Positions 53,501-64,000 of a stretch of 64,000 nucleotides of DNA are shown piece after piece. The stretch is taken from assembly GCA_028534125.1 (NCBI GenBank), contig CM052817.1, positions 13,456,001-13,520,000 on the forward strand, written 5' to 3'. A program made the translations under genes and the position numbers. Position 1 is the first letter of the stretch, and every line of letters begins with the position of its first letter. Under the pieces are notes generated by a model. That model was given only the letters and a program-made list of their open reading frames with translations. It was not told the origin of the DNA and did no database searches. This DNA comes from Lama glama. Taxonomy: Eukaryota.

Positions 53501-54584
53501 ATCTTCTATCTTCTGTGAAATGGACATCAATAATTACTCATAGTGTGGCGATGACAATCAAGAGGCTATCGATCTGTGAAAATATGTGTAAAATCCTTAG
53601 CACTAAATAATGTAGCAATTCTTAAAAAGATTTGCTTCATTACTGTCAGTAATTATGTCCTGGCTTCCATTTTAATTTTTTAATTTACTCATTTCCTATT
53701 ATAATTCTCAATAATGCAGTCTTTCTCTGAGTCATAGCTTATATATTCTTGATCCAGTGACTCAAGCCAGCATGCCTCTTTTCTCAAATTTGAGAAAAGT
53801 TTTTGATGTACAGTAAACAAGAAAGATAATTAAGTTATAATATAAAATAATATTATATTAAGTTATAATATAATATAAAAAATAATTAAGAAATAAATCC
53901 CCTAGAAGTTTAGGGTCCCAAATAAAAATGGTTTCCTATGAATATATAATATGCATAAAACAGGTACAGTGACTAATGATAGATGGAAATAATCCATATT
54001 GCATCATAAGTTGATTTCCTACATACCAAAATTTTCAATAAATAGCTATTTTAATAACATAGGTGTTCAAGAACCCAGCAGTTTGTGCAGGTGCAAAATT
54101 CTGAAATAAACAGCCAATCTATATTTTCCGTGTCTCTTGAGTAAGACATTTGATATGTTCTATTGTTCTAATTTAGAAGAAATGAGGGCAGGCCCTTTAA
54201 CCCTAAGTTGTCTGTTTTGCGATAATGTTTCCCTTTGCCAACCCTTACAACGAATGTAAAAATCCAGTTTTAGTGCTGCAACTGAAAAGGGCTCAGTGTC
54301 ACTGGATTTTTCCAAGTGGGTATTTTCTGTTTTTGTCTACATTTGTATTCCACTCATTTAATGGAGGGAAGTAATAGAATTTTTCTCTCTGCTATAGAAG
54401 CAATTTCAGAAGTACACAGGTGCAAGGTTAGAAACTATATTTTAAAAAACCAAAAAGGGAAAACAAGATGATTGATTGGTTTTGAACCCTGAGGTCTTCC
54501 AACATAATAATCAAGCATACTTGGAATATCAAGTTGTGTCTTCAGAGAAGTGCACCCTGAAGTCCACTGAAGCAGTCATCAGGG

Positions 54585-55169
54585 TTTGGTAGAAAGAATG
54601 CTAAGGTGGCCCCTTTGTGTACACACCCTGTGGGAAATTGATAGACTTTACTCTGTGGTTCGGTCATGCAATACGGTGCAGTTGACCTGTAACCTGTAAA
54701 GTAGGCAGTGGGCCTGACCTAATCACATGAGCATCACATAACAGCAGACAGCTTTCTCTGGCTGACCAAAGAGGAATAAGCCTGAAATAGGAAGCAGAAA
54801 AATTTGAATCACCATTGCTGGCTTAAAGACAGATGGGATTTGGTGGCAAGGAATGTGTGCGGTCTTCTAAGAACTGAAAGTAGTCCTAACTTGTCCATCA
54901 GCAAGGAGACAGGAAACTCAGTAATACAGCCCCGAGGGACTGCAATCTGACAAAAGCAAGAATGAGCTTGGAAGTGAATTTTCCCACAGGGTCTCCAGAA
55001 AATAACCCAGCCAGGCAGACATCTGGGTTTTGGCTCTGTGATTCCCTTGGTAGAGAACCCAGTGGTGCTGTGCTGGACTTTTAACTCCCAACCATCAGTT
55101 AGTAAGTGGATATTTTTTAACCCTTACATTTATGATAATTTGTTATGCAGCTGTAGAAAACTAATACAC
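54585..55169 (+). mobile_element. MLT1E/F-like MaLR solo LTR
   Basis: gtgggcctgacctaatcacatgagc; aatgagcttggaagtgaatt; gtagaaaactaataca terminus. Confidence 0.85.
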
Positions 55170-56009
55170 ATGGTTTGGATCCTACCCAAAGAGTTTTTGT
55201 TCATTACTTTATATTCATTAATTTACTTATTCAGCCATTAATTTCTGAATGCATTCATTAAGTACATCCTGTGTGCCAGGCTCCAAGCTTTCTCAGGAGT
55301 TTTTAACTCTGAGGCAGTTTCATGGCCCAAAGCCTGAAGACTATGTTATCAGGATACAGGAATGTAATATCACCCACTCTCTCTAAACATGATCAAATAC
55401 AGATGATGTAGACACTCTGCAAGTTGGAGAACTAACGATTCAATAAGTCATTTTGTGGTTCATTTAGAAAGCATGGTGGGCATTGTGAAAAGCTGTTGAT
55501 ACTGCCCATATTTTGAAAAATGAAGGCTATAGATGACAGCACGTCACCTAACTATTTTGGCTGTCTCACAGGCTTACAGAAATTTCTCCATAGCTTTCCA
55601 GATAGCCAATGGCGCTTATCCTACAAGTTCCACACACAGTGTCCCAGGCCACTTTAATTAATATACAATTTTTTTTTTTACAGAGATGGGGAAGAAAACA
55701 GGAAGCTGACTAGGGTTTGCTGAAAGAGAATCCTTCCCAGCTGCGCTGATGTCCACTCCATCCGTTATACAAATCTCACGCCTTTGGGGAAATGAAATTC
55801 CTGGCCTCCTCTGGGTTTTGCTTATTAGACCAGGAGAGAGTGAATTAACATACCTCTGCCCAACATAGAGCTTTCTTCCTGAACAAGAGAAAAAATTGGG
55901 TGGCCAGACAGTTCATGGCCCCTGCAGTGGCTGAGGAGACTGGGTACAAACTGATACCTGCTCTGATCAATTGCTAATCAGTTTGTACCCTGTCTCTTCT
56001 GAGAACCTT

Positions 56010-56220
56010 GGACTGTCTTCTCTTCCTCTCTTTCTCTTTCTTCCCCTCATCTTCCCTCTCTCATTCTGTCTCCTCCCTCCTCCCCTCCCTGCCTGCTCCC
56101 TTCCTCCCCTCCTCCCTTCTGTCTGTTTCCTTCTCCTTCCGTGTCCCCTCTCCCTCCGCCCCTCCCTCCCTCCTGGACTGCCTCTCTGTTTCTCCATCTC
56201 TTCCTTTCTCATGTCCTTAA
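56010..56220. repeat. CT-rich low-complexity polypyrimidine tract
   Basis: Directly visible; source of the Leu/Pro/Ser- and Arg/Gly-rich ORFs. Confidence 0.9.
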
Positions 56221-56359
56221 TCACCTTTAGTTATCCCAAAGTCCATTTATGGTCCTCTCCTCCCTTCTTAGGAGGTAACCAACATTTTGTGTTTGCTGTG
56301 TGTCCTTCCAGACCACTAATTTAATCATTTTAATTTATATATTTCTGTAGAAAATATAA

Positions 56360-56960
56360 AGTCTTGGGGACAATAACAGTGTTGGCGAGGACGTGGCCCA
56401 ACAGGGACATTTAGATTCTGCTGCTGGATTGTTTGCTGCCACTAGCTCTGTGGAAACCACTCCAACTTATCAAGTAAAATGTGCAAACCCTATAAACCAG
56501 CATATCTTTTTTCCTGGGCAGATATTCTAGATGCAGTCTTACTGATGTGCACCAAGAAAGATGTACGTCACAGGAGTGAAATACTGGAAAATTTCTGTCA
56601 TGTACATTGAGAGAAAGATGAATAAACAGTAGTGGTATACTCAGATAACAGAATATCATATGTCAATGAAAATGAATGAACTTCTTTATGCATATATTAA
56701 TCTCCTACCACTCTGATAACAAAGTGCCACAACGAGGTGGCTTCAAATAACAGAAATGTGTTGCCTCTCTCTTAGCTTTTGGCAGCCTTAGGCATTCCTT
56801 GGCCTGGAGATAGCTGCCTTTTTCCTGTTGTCACATGGGGCGTTCCCTGTGTGTCTGTCTCTCTCTCTGTCCAATTTCCCCTTTTTATAAGGACACCAGT
56901 CATAGTGAATTGGGTCCCACTCTATTCTAATGTAACCTCATTCTAACTAATTACATCCTT
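56360..56960. mobile_element. Old L1 fragment (+, to about 56695) followed by an MLT1A/B-like LTR (-)
   Basis: aataacagtgttggcgagga (L1); ttttataaggacaccagtcat...taattacatc (MLT1). Confidence 0.65.
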
Positions 56961-57094
56961 GACCTCAGGGATTGCATATTACAGTCAGATCCTGGGCCCC
57001 AGCCCTGAGTCCTTCCCGAGCATCCTCTCTTGTTCTCCCTATTTGACACCTAAACTGTTTTTTTGTTTTGTCACTTTTGCTATCATTTTTCTAA

Positions 57095-57215
57095 TCCAAA
57101 GTTTCTCGAAGTGTGGTCCCCAGACAAGTAGCATCCAAAAGTCCCTGGAACTAAGAAATGCAAATTCTTGGGCTTCATGCCAGACTTGAGTCAGACACTC
57201 TGGAGGTGGGGCTGT
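57095..57215. mobile_element. MER5A-like fragment
   Basis: tttctcgaagtgtggtccccagac...agaaatgcaaattcttgggc. Confidence 0.7.
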
Positions 57216-58919
57216 GAGCCCTGGCCCCATCATCTGAGATCTCACTTAGACCTGGCAATGGGCTCTAAATTACCTTCGCTTAGACTGTGGTTCTAATCGT
57301 ACCATTCTCCTGCTGAAAATTTGATATTGGCTGTCCAGTGTCTTCTGCGTAAAACAAAAAAGGTATGACTTCCAGACCGCCAGACATCTGGCTCCTGCTT
57401 CCACCTCTAACTTTATCTTCTCTCAGCCCTTCTTTCTCCCACCTCTCAGGTCACAAGCTCATCCTACAGTCTGGCAGTGAATAAAGATGTGTATTTCCTG
57501 AGTGGCCCTGCTCTCTGGAATCTCCAGGAGCCTTTCAGAAAGCAATTTCCTCTCCTTCTTTCCTCCTTGCCACTCTGCATCAGGCTGGGGTTTCTTCTTA
57601 GGGTTCTCCATCCTCTGTATCACACCAAAAATCACTGCGGTTTTTTTCTTAATTAGCCCACTTGGGTCCTTGAAAGATGTGAAGTTCTTTTAAAATGCAA
57701 AAAGATAATATTTTTGCAAAGGGAGCAAAGTTCAAGGTCTCTGGAAGGGAACACAAGAAAACATTTATTGAGTTTTCCTCTGGGGAGGGGACAAGAAAGT
57801 GGGGTTAGGGTGGGGAAGAGTTCTACCACCTGCACTTTTGATTGGTTACCATGATCCTGCTTTATTTTTGTTCCCTAACAATCAGCTTAAACATTAAAAC
57901 ACATTTGTCACAGGGTGCATGGTTGTGTGTGTCACGGGGGAAGCAATGTTAAAGGGTAAGAAATTGGGCAGAAAAGAATAAAAGCAAGGCTTGAAATCAA
58001 TAAGAACTGGGGAAGGAGGAAAAATGCATGTCCTAATCAGTATTCTAGTTTTTCTCAACCTTGAGAAATGTATGGCAGCCTTTTAAAATGTATAATTGTC
58101 CCTTGAGTTTCTTCCTTGTGTTTTCAAATTATTTTTATTACTTCTTATTCAAACTTGTATAAATGAACAAAATGTGTGTTGATGATAGCATAATCCACCC
58201 TAATTTTTATAATTTTTATTTATTAAGTAAATTAATTAATTTATTAAATTTTATACATTAAAGGATAAAGGATATTTTATATATATATATATATATATCA
58301 ACTCCTTCTCTCTCTCTCTATGTGTGTGTATATATATATATAATTTATTGTTAATTTTAATAAATCTAGAAAGAAAGCGGTAGGGCCGGGTTTTGAAACA
58401 AAGTATCTGGTTGTAGACTGTGCAATGTTCTTATACAGCTATGAAACTAAATTAAATGAACGAGTTAAACTAAACTAAACACATTAAAAAGCCAGTTGAT
58501 TTTAAACTAACAACATTGATTTAATAAGATAAATGCCGCAGTTTTGCTGAGACAGAATTGCCCCTCGCAGTGTGAACACGGAGCAGAATTCCACGCCACG
58601 TGGATCAAATTCCCCTCCTCGCGAGCCTGCATGGTTCCGCCGTGGCTGTGGGCTGTGTGCTGGGCTAATTCTCTCATCATCTTTTGAGCAACTGGAAATC
58701 TTTATTTGTAGAATTGCCTTTATGACTTTCGGTCTTCTCTTAGACCAAACGTGTCATTTACGGCTAATTACAGTTAATGTTAACCTTCTTATTTCCTCAT
58801 TACCTCATGTCAGTGGAAACAGTACGACTTGGCACCAGCACAAAAATTAGTGCAAACACAGTTTGAAGACCCTGCAATCACATGGCAGTTTTCAGAAATG
58901 AGGTCATTCAGGGATCCTC

Positions 58920-59175
58920 CAACAGGGGTCGGTAAACCATGACCTGTGGGCCAACTCTGGTATACTACTGTTTTTGTAAGGTCCATGGGTTAAGAAGGGT
59001 CCTTACAGTTTTATGTATTTATTTTTATTTTTTTATTTTTTGGTCCTTACAGTTTTAAACAGCTGAATAAAAGAGAGAGAGAGAAAAAACAATATATGAT
59101 AGAGATGCACGTGGCCCACAAAACCTAAAATATTTACTATCTAGCCTTTTTGTAAAAATTTTTCTGATCCCTGTC
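58920..59175. mobile_element. MER58-like hAT element containing a TSD-flanked poly(A) insert
   Basis: caggggtcggtaaac...gtggcccacaaaacctaaaatatttactatct...tgatccctg. Confidence 0.8.
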
Positions 59176-61999
59176 CTCAAATATCCTTATGTCATTTAAA
59201 TAAAAAGATTATCATGAAGTAAAAACACAAACTGGACAACATTTTTCAAGAAAGATGAATGACCCCTGGGAAGAGATTTTCAGAAAGCCAGAAGGAAAAC
59301 ACATTTCTACGTACTAGAAAATGTGGTCCGTTTCTCATCGTCCGGTATTTGTGAGATAAAATCACAAACGGACCACTGCCCAGGAGAAGCACAACCATTT
59401 TTGGTACAAAGACCAAACAGAAATTACTCCCAGGATTATCATGAGGGGGACACTATGGAATGGAAGGACGTCCTCTCTGGCGTGCCTTCAGTAGATGTAA
59501 CAGCAAGTTTCATATAACCATCCTTCACAGAGCTAGTGACATCATACCAATGTGGTTGAGTAAAGGCAGTTTTCAAGGGACCTTGGACTATGGGTCAGGT
59601 AATTGGTTTTCTATGGATCTAGATCAATGTAAGACTAAGTTATAGACTCAGGGAGTATGCAGACTGGATGCCCTTGAATCCAGGAGACTTGGGTGTCTTG
59701 GAGATTTGGATGCAAATCTCCCTCAGTATCTTCTCTCTTGGAGTTGCTGTGTGACTAACTGAGGGAAACACCTTGACACAACTTGTGTGTGTTGCCAGCT
59801 GAACTCATACCTATTTTGTGTTCACTATGAAAGAACACGGTGCGAAACACTTAATGATGCCACTGAAGCAACAGATCTGCTGCTTTAGAAAGCTCCTCTC
59901 TTCACGTTGTAAAAATGACAGAGGACACGTGAGCGGTCACAACCCCGCAATGGCGTCCATGTCAGTAGGCACTGAGATGAAATCTCTTGTCTCGATTTGC
60001 TTAGAAGCAACTATGTGCAGCTCTCTCAAGAGACCAATCACTGTATTTATTAAATTTTATACATTAAAGGATATAATTCTTCACATCTGTTTATAAACAC
60101 AATGATTTATATTTTATTAGTAACTGTTGAGTTGCCTGCTCATCACACTTTGTGCTGGTTCAGCCAACGTGGTATGATCGGGGCACACACAGCCCAGGTG
60201 CTCCTTTTGAGAAACCCCAACTGGCTCTTCAGTAAAGGAGTGGCAGTTACATACGCTGGATGGGCTGGCGATCCTGCTGTAACTGATTGATGGTCAGCCA
60301 CCCCTCCGGCTCAGAGGAGCCCACACCTGGAGTTAATAAGGGAGAGCTACTTATGAGAGGACTTCAGGTCACCATGAGGAGCCACCTACCCCCGTGTCCA
60401 CCTCTGCGTGCACACTTCTTTCTGGAAGCTCTGTTCAACTTAGACTTTAAAACCAGATCTCAGTGATTTACCAACCACCAACTGTTTACTGCCTTGTCCT
60501 CTCTCACCCTTGGCAAAGTTGATGAGCCCTTTAGAATCAGGGGCTGCTGGTCGGATTTCCAGCTCAGCCCAGGGATGGAGTGAAGGTGCATTTGTCACCC
60601 TGCACCTTCTACACTCGGGACCCCTTGAGCATAAACAGCTTATGTCTCTAGTATCAGAGTCCTCTGGGGGTGGCAACCTCACATTGCTATTTAGCTGTCT
60701 AATCTCTGCAGTGACAGTGGGAGTCCATACTCCGCAAATCAGTGGGACGTGGGAACCACTCAGACTGTGGCCCAGGAGTTTTAAGAAGAAAACAAGAACC
60801 AGAACACACACGTTTCCTTACAACATGCGTGTCTTCCTGCCCCTCAGTGGGCGCACGGTGAGGTTGGAGGGAGTGAGGGCTGGGATGGAGGAACACCGGG
60901 AGCCTGTGTTCTCATTGTTGTACTTACTTAAATCCCTTCCCCCTATATATAAAAATAGATTAAAAAAAAAAAGAAGTTTCTTTGTATAGCACAGCCACCA
61001 CACAAGCCATAACGTGCTATAAAGTGCAAGGAGAGACTTGCATCCTGGCACCTCTCTGCCTAGATTTGGTCTCAGGTTGCTGCTTTCTGTCTCTCTTCAC
61101 TCCTGAAATGAATGTAGAAACCCTCAACAACCTGGCTGCATACTTCCTGGCCACCAATTATATTATCAGGATGAGTTTCAATCACTGTCATTCTGGAAGT
61201 CCTAGGGGACAGTATCTACTTTCCTTTTATCAGCGATGTCCAGATAATACACTTACTACCTTGCAATTTCATATGAATTTTTCTTTCAACAGACATTTAC
61301 AAACATGAAGTTTTAGAGACTGGTGATTGCTCCACGGGGGTGGCAAGCAGCTGCAGCTCATCTCAGGTGTCTGCTCGTATACACACTGTTTGTTCAAAAC
61401 TTCCTCCTCCGTGGCAGGTTGAAGCCCAGCCCTGCTCCAACATGAGATGTCCAGAGGTTACTGCCTGCGGGAGTGCTGACAAGCCAGCTATTTGCAGCAG
61501 ATACTCAGGGGCAAAACTGGAGAAGTCTGATTTCTTCAGCAGCGCTGCTCGGGACAGGAACCCACATGAACCTGATCTGACTCACTCAGGCCAAGGTGAA
61601 TACTCTGATGTGTACAACCACCCACAGCCCTCAGGAGTATTCACCTCTCTTTGGCAACCGGGGCCAATCTGCTGCTCTCTGGCTCCCAGCATGGACAGTT
61701 CATCACTTGAAACAATTTTCCCCATTTTGGTTGTCCTTGGAGAACAAAGGCTGCAAAAGCAAACCATTGTTCAAGCCAAAATTCATTTCGTGGAGAAAAT
61801 GAGACGCTTGGACCAGTCTTTCTGTCCTTTATTTTATCGTCCCCTCTGGCATCCGTTTATGGATCTGATTTGATTTCTGTTTTCATTTTGAGTCTTTTCT
61901 CTGTGACCTCAGGTCAGAGACAATATCAAAAGCAATGTGTTTTTGTGGGTTAATTCATCTGAGTCAATGGAAGAAGAGAGAGGGAACAAAAATGGAACA

Positions 62000-62042
62000 G
62001 AAGAGAGAGTGAGAGAGGAGAGAGAGAGAGAGAGAGAGAGAG
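62000..62042. repeat. (GA)n microsatellite
   Basis: Directly visible. Confidence 0.9.
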
Positions 62043-63024
62043 TTCGGCTCCAACCGAGACTAAAGCTACATGTGTATGAAAGGGAAAAACGACTAGTTGG
62101 ATCTGGAACTCTGATGAACCCTGACGCTGTTTACAATGTAACAAGCAGCTGAAAGCTTCAACACAGTTACAGTTTCACCCTCCATTAATGTTTTATCCCA
62201 TCTGCCTGGTCACCAAGATGAATGGAAAGGGCTGGAGCTGGGAAGGGAGAACGGGAAGATAACCAGTGGCAAAAATCAACACAACATATTATTTTTGCCA
62301 CTGAAATAGCGAATTTTTGTCATGAGCATTTGAGATAACAAATTATTTTCACAAATATTCTGGATTTGCCTTTTGTAAAATATCATAAAACTTTCAAATC
62401 ATATTTCTAGGGGAGCCTTGGCAGGCTTTCATTAAATGCAGCTGTGTGCTTGTCAAAGCCAGCACCATTTGGTGCTTCCAGGGAAATGGGGAGCTGGCAT
62501 GTTGGCCCTGGGGCATTGCTAGAGATGGCCGATGCACATGAAATGGGTGAAGGAAGTGAACTTAACATTACTGAAGAGTATGCCAAGTGGCTCCCCGTGG
62601 CTGGTGCCACCACTGATGCCAACTCAGGAGGATGGAAACTTCCCTTAAGTTAGAGAGGAAAAGTAACGCACAGGCTATAAGTTCTTTTCAAGGATTAGAC
62701 ACCCAAACTCTATCATTTCCAAAATATCCAAATGGGAAAACAAATGATCCAGTGAATTTTGTTCAAAGACAATCAAAGCAAAGAGGCAGAATTCTCCTTC
62801 AGGTGAATTAAATTGTAAATAGGGAACATTTTTAGTAAGCTTATTGATCTAGTGATACTTGGTTCAGTTTCCAACTCTCCTTTAGAGACTTTCTCTTCCC
62901 ATCCCCATAAAAAATGAAAACAATTAAAAGGATATAATAAATGCTTAAAAATTAGAAAAAATGAGGGTATTCACACTTAACGGAAATCAGTTTTGCTTAT
63001 TATGATATAAGGCCATGGCTTCAT

Positions 63025-63400
63025 ACTTCAGTCTGGATTTAGGATTGCCTTGGATATATGTTAAAAATACACATGCCCCAAAAAATAAATAAAATGAGTA
63101 AATTAACAGAAAAATATGGGGATGGTTATATAGCTCAGTGGTAGCGCGCATGCTTAGCATGCATGAGGTCCTGGTTTCAAACCCCAGTACCTCCATTAAA
63201 AACAAATAAACCTAATTCCTCCTTTAAATAAATAAAATAAGTAAATTAACAACAAAAAAATTATACATACCCAGCCTAGGCCAATCCTAATGCTTCTGAT
63301 TAAGTTGGTCTTGGGTGCAGCCCAGGAATTTCATTTTAAACAAGTTTCCTAGGTGATTCTAATGATGGTGGTACATGGACCATTCTTTGAGAAATGGTAT
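63025..63400. mobile_element. MER5B-like element interrupted by a SINE
   Basis: tttaaacaagtttcctaggtgattctaatg...ctttgagaaa. Confidence 0.7.
63118..63260 (+). mobile_element. tRNA-Ala-derived SINE (camelid vic-1 type)
   Basis: GGGGATGGTTATAGCTCAGTGGTAGCGCGCATGCTTAGCATGCATGAGGTCCTGGTTTCAAACCCCAGTACCTCCA: A box, degenerate B box and AGC anticodon, followed by an A-rich tail. Confidence 0.88.
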
Positions 63401-63417
63401 CTTATAATATATGCATG

Positions 63418-63420
<3 letters not shown>

Positions 63421-63451
<31 letters not shown>

Positions 63452-63469
63452 ATGTGTGCATGTGTGTGT
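63421..63469. repeat. (TG)n microsatellite, imperfect at the 3' end
   Basis: Directly visible. Confidence 0.95.
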
Positions 63470-63689
63470 AGAGGAAAGATATACTGGAAGAACTTCAAGT
63501 AAAAAAATTAATTTGGGTTGTTTTGTGAAGGAACTTGGCTGACAGGCTAAGTTTATGTTTTTAAACAAGGAATTAATGCTATCAAATTTGTAGTTTTGAA
63601 AGTATAACTCTTGTAACAGGATGGCTTAGAGACAGTGGAGAGAATTAAGGAAAGCAGTTAACGTTTTGTAACAGATGAGGGTTTGATTC

Positions 63690-64000
63690 AGAATCCTGCC
63701 CTGGGCATGGTGCAGGTAATACTGATGAGTAAGACGTGGTCCCTTCCTCAAGATGCTTGCAATCTGGTGAATGAAGATCCAGTAAATCATACAGAGGTGG
63801 AGAAGTTAAAGAAGTGGCTGGCCGAGTGCACGGGCTGGGGATAAACAGATACTGAACTTGGCAGAGCTATAGGGACCAAGGGAAGGTTAAGTTCCCAGAT
63901 GAGGACAGACCAAGCGAAAGGTCATTGAATTGGATCACAGTTGGGTGATGCTGTGTCCTTTTCACTGGTCGGACCAGAATCCAGACTCCGCAGACTTGCA
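63690..64000 (-). mobile_element. L2 fragment
   Basis: gatgagtaagacgtggtcccttcctcaagatgcttgcaatctggtg. Confidence 0.6.

Noticed and set aside
55967..56324. Arg/Gly-rich and Leu/Pro-rich ORFs
   Set aside because: Artefacts of a CT-rich low-complexity tract.
61534..61558. REST/RE1 site (TTCAGCAGC...GGACAG)
   Set aside because: The left half mismatches the CAGCACC core and the spacing is non-canonical; too weak to call.
61340..61873. Longest ORF in the track (177 aa)
   Set aside because: Starts at GTG, has no recognisable domain and lies antisense within an intron; consistent with chance.
63118..63196. tRNA-Ala(AGC) gene
   Set aside because: Extra bases in the 5' acceptor region, a degenerate T-loop (GGTTTCAAACC), an A-rich tail and insertion within MER5B indicate a tRNA-derived SINE.
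1..64000. CRISPR array, operon or other prokaryote-type system
   Set aside because: No regularly spaced repeat-spacer array and no dense coding. The content is typical mammalian intron.

Overview
Mammalian genomic DNA, most likely camelid, judging from a tRNA-Ala-derived vic-1-type SINE at 63118-63260. The window lies inside a large minus-strand gene, KCNIP4 (KChIP4, an EF-hand Kv4 channel-interacting protein). Three internal coding exons are present, none of them in the supplied ORF track: 25176-25245 (70 nt), 17930-18000 (71 nt) and 631-738 (108 nt). All have canonical AG/GT sites and compatible phases. They splice to [83 protein letters not shown]. The start and stop exons are outside the window. 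The rest is intron, densely filled with decayed L1, L2, MIR, MaLR/MLT, MER21 and ERV1-like LTRs, MER5/MER58/MADE2 DNA elements and microsatellites. Nearly all listed ORFs are repeat-derived or chance. I found no convincing novel biological system. The notable items are small retrotransposition and repair fossils, a few hairpins and one motif-rich candidate enhancer. Repeat subfamily names come from recalled consensus sequences and most repeat boundaries are approximate; a Dfam/RepeatMasker run is needed to confirm them.
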